From Nemertoderma westbladi (lineage: Eukaryota; Animalia; Xenacoelomorpha), in the NCBI GenBank assembly GCA_032718475.1, contig JAUCBJ010009158.1:1-64000 (forward strand): DNA of 64,000 nucleotides, in the 5' to 3' direction. Under the pieces are notes generated by a model, which ran no database searches, was not told the origin of the DNA, and saw only the letters and a program-made list of their open reading frames with translations. A program made the translations under genes and the position numbers. Of the stretch, positions 26,101 to 38,100 are shown in pieces. The first letter of the stretch is position 1; every line of letters begins with the position of its first letter.

Positions 26101-26184
26101 TACCATCTTCATTGGAAAATCGCCTATCTGTTCACTGGGGAGACGACTACTGGCGCCAATTACGTCCCCCCTTGCTCGTTTCCC
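23122..26184 (-). pseudogene. pol: Gypsy-2 pol (PR, RT, RNase H, integrase); acidic C-terminal tail separated by a stop/frameshift near 23360
   Basis: FVDSGCSQS; IDLKWAYMQI, RLGFGL, FRDD; VWADAS, HINSAEL, FTDS; H-x3-H..CNDC, SVDF, PDQG, VERMHRTIK; terminal TRCGRESRPPNRF. Confidence 0.92.
26137..26184 (-). promoter_or_regulatory. -1 programmed ribosomal frameshift signal (gag-pol)
   Basis: G GGA AAC in the gag frame (26184-26178), a 6-nt spacer, then a 9-bp stem GGGGGGACG/CGTCTCCCC. pol is in the -1 frame. Confidence 0.85.
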
Positions 26185-27088
26185 GGTCCCGCCACTGCCT
26201 GCTGTCCCTCTACAACTTGTCCATACGCTACACATCCCCGTGCCAAATGGTTGGCGGCTCCACAACGGAAACAACCTGGACCATTTTTCGGTCTAAATCC
26301 ATTACCCCCTGACCCAGTTCTGTTTCCTCCTTCACTATTACTATAGCAATCTCGTGCGAAATGCCCAGGTTTACCGCACCTATAGCAATTACTGCTTGTG
26401 CTTCTCACCTGGCTCCATCCTCGCCCTCGTGTATCGCTAGTGTTTCGTTGCTTCCAGTTGTTTCCTCTGTAATCCTGGTTAAAGTCTCCCATCGGGCTAG
26501 GACGCGCTCCTCCGTTCCCATTCCAGCCCCCAACCCTCGCCATCGCTCCAACGATTTCATGTCCGTCATCCTTTCGCTCCGACTCCGATAACAGCCGCCT
26601 CGCCTGCACCAGAAGTTTAGTCAATTCGGTTTCTCCGGCCAACGCCTTGGTTTCATTTTGTATTTCGTCCGGTAGTCCACTCACAAATTGTACAGCCAAT
26701 AGACGCTTGGCACAGTCTGACTGTATATCTCCATTAGTAACCAACCCCAGAAGCCGTTTTAATTCTGCAACGAATGTATCTGCCTCCTCGCCATCTCTTA
26801 GTCGCCGTTGTTTAAATTGGTCATATGCCGAATGTTCATTGGATGCGAAAGCAGTTATCAACGCCTTCCTAATTGCTTGCCAACTTTTCTTGTCGTCCTC
26901 AGACATCTGACTGACCACATCGTATGCTACCCCCTCCAATGACATCCGAAGATAAGTTGCCTCGATTCTTCTTTTAGTCCAGCCTCTACAATCATGATAT
27001 CATAAGTGTCCCCAAACCGCATCAACCATGCTGATGGATCGCCTTCGCCCGTATACTTCTTGATATAGTCAGACAGTTTCGGAGCCAT
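26160..27088 (-). pseudogene. gag: Gypsy-2 gag with two CCHC knuckles, frameshift near 26970
   Basis: ATG 27088 MAPKLSDYIKKYTGEGDPSAWL, then SLEGVAYDV..FVSGLP, CYRCGKPGHFARDC and CFRCGAANHLARGC. Confidence 0.9.
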
Positions 27089-27106
27089 TATTACAACTGA
27101 CTGAAA

Positions 27107-27118
27107 GCCCGGTTAGCT
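27107..27118 (-). promoter_or_regulatory. Gypsy-2 putative PBS complementary to the 5' 12 nt of a tRNA (Lys-like)
   Basis: AGCTAACCGGGC abuts the 5' LTR. Its complement GCCCGGTTAGCT matches the conserved GCCCGGNTAGCT start of metazoan tRNA-Lys. Confidence 0.6.
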
Positions 27119-27369
27119 TATACGATTATCAAAACGCTCACTCTGTCAGTTCTATTATTCGTAGTTCGTTGTAATGTTAGGTAGGCCTACTATATTATCC
27201 AAACACATAGACCAGTACCGTACCGGTAACACTGTACCAACTACTGAACTACAGGTACCTACTTCCGTACTTAAGCCCGTCAGTCCCTCCTTCACCTAAC
27301 CAGTACCGGTAACACCCTAACCCTCGTCAGTTCTAGCCCTCTATACTGTATGTATATTATATTCTTATA
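27119..27369 (-). repeat. Gypsy-2 5' LTR
   Basis: Direct repeat of 22820-23070. Confidence 0.96.
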
Positions 27370-27374
27370 CAATT

Positions 27375-30300
27375 TTACTTGGACGTGATTATCCATTTGC
27401 AATTTTTGAAGACCGTTTCGTTTTCGGTGGTGATGATACACCATCCATAGTCCATACACATTTTGGTTGGTGTATTTTTGGTCCCGTTCCAAGTATCCCT
27501 TATAAGGATCGACAGCAATTTCAAATAAATAAAATGTCTGACGAATCCATCGATTCTAATTTAGTGTCATTAGTTAAACAATCACTTGGTATAGAACGAT
27601 TAGTTAAAACTGAATTTAGTAGTGATGAAGACTTGACATTATCTCGTAATGATTCTTACGCTTTAGATATTCTAAAGGAAAGTTCAAGGTTAGTAAATGG
27701 CCGCTATATGGTGAGTATGCTGTGGAAATCAAACCCCCCTTCTCTTATAAATAATTACCCATTAGCGAAACGCCGATTAAATCAATTATTGAAACGTCTA
27801 GAATCTAATCATGATAAATATGTCATGTATGATAATCAATTAAAGGAATATGAAAAAAAGGGATACGCTATTAAGATGTCTTCCAAAGAAGCTAACATTT
27901 CTTCACAGCAAACGTATTATTTGCCGCACCACTATGTGGAGAATATAAACAAACCCGGCAAGATAAGGATTGTCAACGATGCTGCTGCATCATATAAAGG
28001 TATGTCATTAAACACTCAGCTCCTAGATGGCCCAAATCAAGTTTCCTCTCTTATAGGAGTACTTCTCCGTTTCCGTCAGAAATCAGTAGCCTTCATTTGT
28101 GATATTGAGGGAATGTACCACCAGATAAGAGTAACTGATGAAGACAGCGATAGCTTGCGCATTTTATGGAAGCCTCCCGGTCATAAGCACATTATTGTTT
28201 ACAAAATGTTGCGACATATTTTTGGAGCCCGTTGTTCTCAATCCATTGCTTGTAATACAGTTAAACAATGTGGATGGGATAACGCAGATCAGTTTGGTAC
28301 TGAAGTTGCAGAGGTTATTGAACGTTTATTCTATGTAGATGATGGTCTCCCATCAGTTGAAACTGTAGCCGAGGCAATAAAGCTTTCATATTCATTAATC
28401 CAGTGCTTAGCAAAGGGTGGGTTTAATCTTAAGAAATTCCATTCAAATTCTCGTGAATTTCTCAGAGCTATCGAGCCCTTGGGAATTATAGCTCAACCCA
28501 TCGATCTTGATCTCGACAAACTACCGGTAACCCGAGCTTTAGGTGTTATCTGGGAACCAGAAACAGACTTATTAACTTTTAAGTCCACTCACCGTGTGCG
28601 TCCACTTACGAAATGCGGTTGTCTTAGTCAGTATATGTCGATATTTGATCCTCTCGGATTTTTATCTCCTTTTCTTGTTAAAGGAAAATTAGTTTTGCAG
28701 TCCATTTGGAAAGCTGAATACGGTTGGAAGGACATAATTTCAAACGAACTCCAACGATTATGGTTAAAGTGGATCGAACAGGTAAGTGAGTTGAAGGCTC
28801 TGAGTATTCCTCGGGCTTATCACACCGGTCCGACAAACATCTCAACATATCAATTACATTGCTTTGCCGACGCATCAGAGAAAGCATTTGGTGCTGTCTT
28901 ATATCTACGTCGCTGCACTTCAGAAACTATTGACATATCTTTAGTTTTTAGTAAAGGTAAGGTTTTCGGTATCCATGATAGCAGTTCAACCCCACATAAA
29001 GAATTAGTTGCCGCAGTGTTAGCTGCAACCAGTGCGAAAATCGTTCAAGGAGAATTAGATTTTCAGGTAGAAGTTCATTTTTGGACAGATTCCACTGTTG
29101 TGTTATGTCAAATCAACAATGTTACTAAATCCTTTAAACGATTTGTAGCCAATCGACTTGCTCTCATTCATAGTTACACTCAAACGAATCAATGGCGACA
29201 TGTTGCAGGTAAGGAAAACCCTGCCGATTTAGTAAGTCGTGGAGTAGATGCCAAAGTACTACTTAATTCAAGATGTTGGTGGTACGGCCCAAAATTTCTA
29301 TCTGAAGCAGAGTCGAATTGGCAATTGCCTTTTCAACCAGGTTTGTATGTATTTAGTGAAAACGATCTGGACATTAAAGTGTCACATGTTGAAGCTACAG
29401 AACTTGCTCTTCAGGTAGAATTGGAGGAGCCAGAACCACAGGTAAATATTGTAGCCAATATGTTAACCGATATTCTTGAATATTCTGAGTCTAAATTTGA
29501 ATCAGCTGAACACTTAGACGTAACAACCAATAAGAGTGAACTCAAAGGGGCACATAGTGATTCTCATGGTGCCGATTGTTTGATTGCTGGAACTCGTAAA
29601 GCTCATCTTGTTCTTAAAAACAAGCGTCGCCATGCCTTATTTCAGAAAACACGAAATTTAACAATAGACGAGCGATTAAATTATCTGATTTCTACAACAT
29701 CATCTTGGATTAAGTTGCAGGTAAAAATCGCCTACATCATTCGCTATTGTCACTACTTATATAATCCAACATCTAGACAGGCAATGTTAGCGTCACCAAA
29801 TATCACCGCCCGTGATATGGAAAATGCACAAAAATGTATATTTCGTTATGCTCAAAAAATATCATTTCCTAACGAATATACACGCCTGTCTTTAGGTAAG
29901 AATATTTTGTTTAATAGTTCCTTGAGAAAATTCTGTCCTTTTCTTGATGTGAACAACATTATGCGTGTATCAAGTCGTATTGCTCAATCATTAGTACCCT
30001 ATGATACGGCTTTTCCAATTATTCTGCCTAATGATAATCCAATAACTAGAGCCATTATATTATATATTCATACTTGGGACACGTTGGTTACTCATATATT
30101 GTTAGCAAGTTGCGTGAACGGTTTTGGGTAATCAAAAGCCAGGCTGTAGCCCGGTCTGTCACATCTACTTGCTTTCAATGCCACAAAATAAAAGGTCGCC
30201 CCATGACCCAAATAATGGCTAACTTACCATCATCCCGTTTACAGCCATATGTCCCACCTTTTACTTTCATTTCACTGGACATGATAGGGCCATGTAGGGC

Positions 30301-30811
30301 CACAAGAGGGCGCATTACTGTAAAGCGTTACATGATTATTTTTGTGTGCCAGAACGCTCGTGCCATTCACCTGGAACTAGCTGTTGACAAGTCATCAGAT
30401 GCCTTTATTAATGCCTATCGGCGATTTATATCACGTAGGGGCGTTCCAGTTGAAATAATATCTGATAATGGCACTAATTTTACAGGGGCAGAAGCTGATA
30501 TAACATTTTTTTCTGATCTTGAGCAGGGTCCATCCGGGACATACGTTAGAAATAAAGGAACCAAATGGCAATTTCTAACCCCCTATGCTTCACATACAGC
30601 AGGGTTACATGAACGAATAGTTCAATTAACCAGACGTATTTTAATAGCCGTATTAGAAAACCAGTTAGTCTCAGAGGATGTTTTACATACGTACAATGTA
30701 CATGGTCGAAGTGGAGGGTATTTTGAATAGCAGGCCAATAACCACTATCCATAACGATCCAAAGTCAAGTGAACCATTAACCCCTAATCATTTATTGTTA
30801 CAGAGAGCAGC
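27375..30811 (+). pseudogene. pol: BEL-A pol: RT, Pao-type RNase H, integrase core (frameshifts near 27500, 30080 and 30700)
   Basis: YLPHH, RIVNDAAA, DIEGMYHQI, FYVDD, FDPLG, FADASEKAFG, FWTDS, NPADLVSRG; [35 protein letters not shown]. Confidence 0.95.
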
Positions 30812-32062
30812 TGTTCGCGCTTTCAGACCTTTGGCAGTTTAACCCGCCAAATTAGGATGTCTTCTAGATAATAAATCGCTTTAGCCTCTAACAAGTATTT
30901 GATTCACTACACTAGTTGAAACCAATCTGTGCGCGATCATTCACCCGTTGGATATACCCGGGAGATTGATTTCGACAGCTTAATCGTATTGCTATGTAAG
31001 CCTAATGTATTATTCGACTGACAGTATTATATAATCTCTGACAATATTATTCACCTTCGGGGAATATTAACAGTTCCTTTAGGACGTGGCGCTCTATCTA
31101 TATAAACAGAGTTATGACTTAAACTACTCACAACGATATGGCTTAGTTACAATTCACATATATGGCGCATTCTTTAGGAAATGCTTAGTTATCAGTCTCA
31201 CTCATACACAGTGCCGCACAATACTGCACACTGATCTGCCGATCTTCACTGATTTTAGTCACATATAAAAGGAACACGGACCGAATCATGTAGGGTCTAT
31301 CAAATAACATTAGATTCACTTCAAACCACTTTAACATAAGTCACAATCGTTTATCTGTAACCTTTCTCTCTTACCTTCGGTATATCAAGAATATTGGGTT
31401 TCGGGGTTATTTCTCGTTATTCCAAATATAATAATTCATCCACAAATATAATGAATAACCGACAGCAAAGCAGTAATGTTAAGTTAAGTTGCACAGTATG
31501 GGCCAATTAACCAGTTTGTTTTGAGTTAAGACAATCAGTCAGTTTTGATAACGGATATATGTCCTTATAATTAAGCCTACTAGTGTAAGGCTAAAGCATA
31601 AAAGCACAAAATACTCTAAAGCCGTTCTTCCTGGCTTAGAATCACCAACAACACTGATAAGAATAACTATAAGAATACCAGCTACCCTTATTCCACGAAG
31701 CTCCCGTCCAACACAGAGAAAGAGCAGTGAGATAGGAAAATTCAGTTCAGTAGCTCTGTGATAGGTCAAAATCAAAGCTAACTCAAATTCTATTGGCAGA
31801 TACAGAAAGCTGCAACGTGGCAATATCAGCCGTTAGCCGTCGTCATGGTAGCGACACTGTTTTCAAGAGTATCGAGCTTTTTACGTCATGAAATTGCAGA
31901 TTATGTCCTCTAAAGTACAAATACAGTTCAAATACAGAAGAAATGACTTTTATGTCCTCTAAAACACCAGTACAGCAAGGACACGGCCTTTTTATGCCTG
32001 GCAAACCAACTACAGAGTACTTTAAGGGAAAATAACCGGTTAATGACGCAAAAGCTTTTACA
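30812..32062 (-). repeat. BEL-B 3' LTR
   Basis: Direct repeat of 41852-43101. Confidence 0.96.
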
Positions 32063-35000
32063 CCGCTCCCAGAAAATGGGATTGTCAGTCTATAAAATAT
32101 AAAAATCACAGTTTCTAAAACATAAAGATACTCTAAACAGTTAGTCTTTCTTACGCAGACGGCGTTTACGCAGTTTTTTGAGGCTAGCAAGAGTCTTTTT
32201 CTCTTTGGGGGGAGCCACTTTACTAGGAGGGCCATAACTCCTGGGTGAAGGGTGCAATATGATTGCATCAGAAGGTGTAGGATTGTGGTCGAGGTATCTG
32301 CCGTTTCGATATGCTTCTCCTCGAGCTGATTTTCCTCCGCTAGTAGCTGGATACGTTCATCCAAAAACTCTCGCAGAGAATAGGATCGTCCAAGTTCGAT
32401 AACTTCTTAGAGATTCTGGATTTCCCAATCGAATTGAGATAAGGCCAATTCGTTTATCGATTGGACTTACTGTTATAACTTACGTTTATCTGAACAAACG
32501 CAGGTTTCCTTTTTGATCTTTATAGAATAGCGTTTAACTCGTTTCGTACAACGCTCTCCTTCACCTTGATGAGGTGTTGTATCGCGTTAAACGTGGACGA
32601 CCATACGGTTGGATAGTGATATTAGGTGTCCGCGTCACAATCCGGCTAGGTAAGATGGGCGGCTAGCTAGAAATAACTGTCGGAGTGTTACCGATTAATT
32701 GTTAGGGTAGCACTAGATCTTTGAACAGTGAATACAGTCCGCGAGGATCCGCGACACCACCAGGATCGCAGGTCTGAGGTCCAACTAAGGAATGAGGAGG
32801 TTTGACCGAGTATTCCGGGACTCTGATCGTAGGTTTACTCCAGGATCGTTCGAGCCGAGTGAGCATAGGTGATACGTCAACAAGTTTCGCTCGAAACTCC
32901 AGTAAATATAACGAGTACAACTGTGTTTAACACAACGTTTCCGTGGATGTTTATGTCTTTCCGTTTATTGGCTGGGTCTAAGGCATTTATCGTAATAATA
33001 CCAAAGACGCACGTCTGTTAGGGGAAACGCGGGTGCTATTTATTTGTTGTTACAATGCTTCTATCAAGAATTCCAAATATACGTTGGAGTTACCGCGTCC
33101 ATTTGTTTCTTTAGTGTCTTTTCTTTCGAGTCGATTTCGAATAGAATTTTCGCATTCGAATTTCAGTTTATGGTTCCGACTCCGCTGGGTAGGATATATA
33201 GTCGACATAGTCCGTATTGTGTAAATCGATAGGATGATCAGTAGTTAAGAAGCCCATATACGTACCATTACGCTGCGTATATCGAGTAGCGAATTTTCTA
33301 TAGTCCAACTCGCGCGAGCTGCTCTTGGGACATTGGCGGTTCGATATAACGACCATCGTCCTCCGCAGCAGTTGGACTAACGTCGCCGCGTATTAAGCTA
33401 TCAACAAACGCTTGTAAAAGTAGAGTATATCTCTCCCCGATACCAAGACCATCTTCTATCAACTCCGTCATATCTGCTATATATGAGTTTATCCATATTA
33501 TAATGAGTTTATATTTAGGCGAGCGGACGTCGCTGCCTACCCCAATCAACCCCCGGACAGTACGAGATCCTCAGCGCCGATGTGTCGTCGCCGCTGTACT
33601 TTCGCCAATGACGTAGCCGCACAACGACAACGACAACCGGCACAAGTCACTCAACTGTCCGTCCCAAAGGCTTAGATGTACTTCAGGTTTTCCTTGGAGA
33701 GTTAGGTTACTTTTACGATTGCGACTAGCTACTGTAAACACACCTTAGCAGTAACATTCACCTATAAACTCACAAATACCACACAACTGGTCACAACTAC
33801 GCACATTCGGGCCATTTGTCCGTTAGTCAATGCCTTCCAGAATGTCACTGTATTATTATGTATCCTTGGATACTAGCAGTGCGCTATTTATTCCCTATGC
33901 TATTCAATGGGACAAGCTTTCTATTGTTCGTTTAACTCAATTCTAATTCTAGCGTGGTTGTTGCTATGGTGACATTATGTAAAGCTAGCGGTAGAATTAG
34001 GGTAATTCCAATGCATACAGATCTGGGATGTTATTTAATAGTAATTCTTTAATGGTCAATGTCCTGTTTTATACATGGCTTTATGAATTTTATCGGCTAT
34101 TGACCATGTTTGGGAGACTTTCGCACACTCATACGCATAATAAGATAAATCTCCGCTCCCTTGATCTATTAATTAATGGAATTTTGGGAATGTTACAAAT
34201 TGCGTAAAAATGGCAATTTATTAAATTCATTAAAAGGCATGAATTTAAATTTATTCCCTGAAATTTTATTATTTGATAATTAAATTGACATATTTTGATT
34301 CTAGAACATGTCTGGGGACACAAGATCCTTAATTCTATGAAAATTGTCTTTTTAAGAATATCGGTAAATGCTACGATATCTTAATTGACTAGAATTGTTG
34401 AAGGATCTGAATTTTACAGATTTTGATTTATTAGATTTGCAAATATTAAATAATTAATATTTGAGATGGGCACCGATTTATTCCAGAACTTGTCTGGGGA
34501 CGTTAACCACTGATTCTAAAATTTGTCTTTCAAGTATATCGGTGGGTGCCGCGATATCTTAATCGACTAGAATTGCAGATGGTCAAAGGGTTTAACAGAT
34601 TAATTTGCGTTGTACGCTACTGTTAAAGGGACATCACGCTACTATATGTATTATTTAATATACGGTATGAGAGCAATATCGCACGAAGCAATGTCAGTGT
34701 GAAGAGGCAAGTCGTTTCCAAGGTCTACCCAGAGCTTGGTTTAGCCGAGACACGAGGATCTGAACTTTGCATTCCTAATACTCTGCCTACCAATAATACT
34801 TAAATATAGTAGTGGCTTTATTGTACTTTAATAAGTACGGACATTTCATCTTACTGTAGTCACGTATTTATAATATGATACGGACAGTAAGGAAAGAGAA
34901 AAAGAATTATTTCTTGCCGTCGCATTAAATATAATATATACGTAATTAAGTAATAAACACGAATATATATTGCACTAATCTACTAAATAATCGCTAAAAT

Positions 35001-35123
35001 AACATTCTACTGAATAAAATTAAAGAAAACGATTATAATAAAATTACGTAGTAATACATACATAAATATAAAAATAATAAAATAATATAAAATAATAGAG
35101 TCACACACCCACTCCATATGTTG

Positions 35124-38100
35124 TTACGTTATGGAGTCCCTAGATGTTTGAAGGATTAGGGAGGTGGTCGTGGGAAGAGAATCTTGCCTTCCACAGTTTC
35201 CGGAGAGTCCTCCATTCCCTTCCGGTAAACACAAACGACCAGCTGGGCGATTGAGTCGCTGCATCCCGAATACAATTCCAGGTTTCCTCTTCGTCCTGGA
35301 ATAGTGACGATAGAAACATCGCTCTAAGTACACGACGGCCTTACAAAGCCGATTCCAGGAGCTATAGTGGTCCGTCGCTCCCTGCAGGAGAGGTAAGAGT
35401 CCCTGCGAGACGTCTGATGTTCCAGAGCTCCAATCGCTCCCTCTGATCTTCATGAAGGATCCACTCGCGGTGGGGAGGTCCAGATCCACGGCGTCGTCCC
35501 TGGCAATATGTAATACCGACAGATCTATCCCGGGTTCAAATAACTCCGATCCACCCGTCCGGGTTTTAGGTTTAACTTTCTCCGCTCCCTTGGCTGGTCT
35601 AATCTCAGTCGGAGTAAGATGGGGAGGCCATTCATCCTCCTTACTCAGGAAGTCGGGTTCACCTAACCGGTCTGTAGTATCTGTCAGTTCTTGAGGAGTT
35701 GCTCCTTTGGAAGCGATATCAGTTGGATTAAACTTCTTGGGGCAATATCTCCATTGATCTACATTGGAGCTAAGATTGTCATTATCTGAGGAGTGTGGTG
35801 TTCCCTCAGTTGGGTCGTCTCCCTCACTAGTATCATCTTCCCATTCACTCACCTGGCAGACGCGATCTTGAAGCAGTCTTTCTCTGAGCGTTCTTCGGGA
35901 AGGTCCAGTAAGGTACCAACCTACTCTAGTTCTTACCGCATAGGTCTGAAGTGGTTGCAGTTGAGTAGGTCGTTTCTCTAATGTCTCCAGCGCCTCATGC
36001 GCGTTTTGACCGATTAATATTTGTACTCCAGGATAATCGGTGTCGAATCTAGGGATGTTAAGTTGTTGGGCATGATCATCTTCGTCCCAATTATAAGGTT
36101 CCACTTGGGTGGTAGCGAAGTTCTTTATTGCCACCATTTTTACTGACCTTATACTGTATTCTCCTAGTTTATCCTGTGGAGTGGACAACTCACCTATATA
36201 ATAGTCGGCAGCTACAGTAGAATTCCAAACCGGCATGATCCCTGACATGTTTAGCTTGGTTCGGAACTTGGGTTGTCCAGCAAAGATGACTTCGGCTAGT
36301 TCTTTATCGATGAATGTTCCTGTGCTACCGGAGTCCAGGAGGGCGTTCACTATATAGCTCTTCTGAGGTCCGTGGACCCGTAACTGGACTACAGGAAATT
36401 CTCGGATTCCTATATTGGAAGTTGGCGCTTTCCAAGATGGTTGTTGATCTGAAGTAGTTAGGGTGAGGTCGCTGTCTGTGTCTTTCTCATACATGAGTGC
36501 TCGATACACTGCGGTGGTGTTTATTAAGTAACAGGATTCGTTTTCGTCGGAGAACTCGTCCGTATAGAATCCTTCCATCTCAGATTGATCAGTGTCGTTC
36601 ACATCACTGAATTGGACATGTAGTTCGGACTCACTTACCTGACTCGGGCTGTTTCGTTCGAATTCCGTGTGCAACAAGATATGATGTTTTGCGCCGCACT
36701 TTGCACACCTTGCGTCGGAGTAACAGGTTCGCCGTTGGTGTCCTCGTCTGAGGCAATTATAACACAACCGCTTATCCCACATGACTTCACGTCTATCCTT
36801 TAGTGATTTCCTCAGGAATTTATCACACGCATTTAAACGGTGGGGCCCGTCGCACAGCACACATTTGGGCTTGATGTTACTTACTTTAACATGTGCTGTG
36901 TGGTGCACACTTGTTCTTTCTTCGGGCTTTCTCACCTGAATTCTTTTAGGAGACGTAGGAGGGGTTTTTTGTACCGGTTCCCTTCTGTCATTGGGTCGAG
37001 ACTTGGATTTACTTACCTGATCTTTAGGCATTTTATTGACATAATAAGATCTGTCAGTGTCTTTCCCGCTGTCCTCTCCTTGAGAAGTCTGGCTTTCGCC
37101 ATCGTCTGTATAACACACTGGTGTTACTTTTCTCCTGGAAAGGGGTTTTTCACTTACCTTGTTTTCCGGTGTCTTCTCTCTGGATTGTTTGAGGAGTTGC
37201 AATTTCACTTCTCCATCCAGGAATGACATGAGATCAGCCATGGTAGGGTCTCGTCGTTGTTGTTCCATCATATATAGTACTTTCTTATCCCAGCGTGTGC
37301 CTACCCCACCTTTCGGTAAAGTAGAAGCCACAGCTCCAATGACCATAGAACTTTGGTATTCATGAGACTTACCTAACCAATCTAATTGTCTACAGATCTC
37401 TTGAATCTCATCGGAAAACTCTATTATCCCACTGCTGATGAACTTTCTGGGCGCTACTAATTTTGCATATAGATACTTAGCGATATTATTCCTATTACCA
37501 TACCTGATGTTTAGTGTGTCCCAAACTTGTCTTAATCCATCTGGATGTCCAATAAACTTTAACGCCATTAACTTGGGAGATCCTTCCAAGCACTCGATGA
37601 GGAATCTAAGTTTCTCTCCATTAGATAGGACAGAGTTCTGTATGTTATCTTTGTAATATTCATTAAAAGGTAACCATTTCATCTCATCTCCATTGAACTT
37701 AACGATCTCTCCCACCTTTACCGCTTGCCGGGCTTCGGTTCTAGCCATTTGACGCGTAAAACTTTCTTGGGCCATCGTGTTATTTAATATCGAGTTATCG
37801 GTATATAAATTTCTCGGATTATGATCCGGTCTATAGGGAATATCATTATCAACAGGTCTATAATTACCCTTAATAGGGTTCACTATAGGAGTTTCTACTT
37901 CGCTAGCAGTATAGATGCGTGTAGGCTCCACACCTTGCGCATGAGATACTTCAGACCTAACAGGTTGACACATTGTTACAAGGGGTGGTGGTATACCCTT
38001 TTGTAAATTTACTAATTTATCGCGTTCTAGCACGATATTTTGCTGCACTTCCTGCAACTCTAACCTACTTTCCTTTACGGTTCCCTTTAACTGTTGAACA

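Larger units (their letters stand above)
22820..27369 (-). mobile_element. Gypsy-like LTR retrotransposon (Gypsy-2) with TATA..TATA LTR termini
   Basis: 251-bp LTRs (one mismatch seen). 5-bp TSD CAATT (22815-22819, 27370-27374). G-run PPT at 23071-23080. gag then PR-RT-RH-IN. Confidence 0.96.

Noticed and set aside
25607-26296. 229-aa plus-strand ORF and similar antisense ORFs over the pol genes
   Set aside because: Antisense shadows of retroelement coding sequence with no independent motifs.
31086-31823. Small ORFs in the BEL-B LTRs (duplicated at 42125-42862)
   Set aside because: Their repetition only reflects LTR identity; no recognisable domains.
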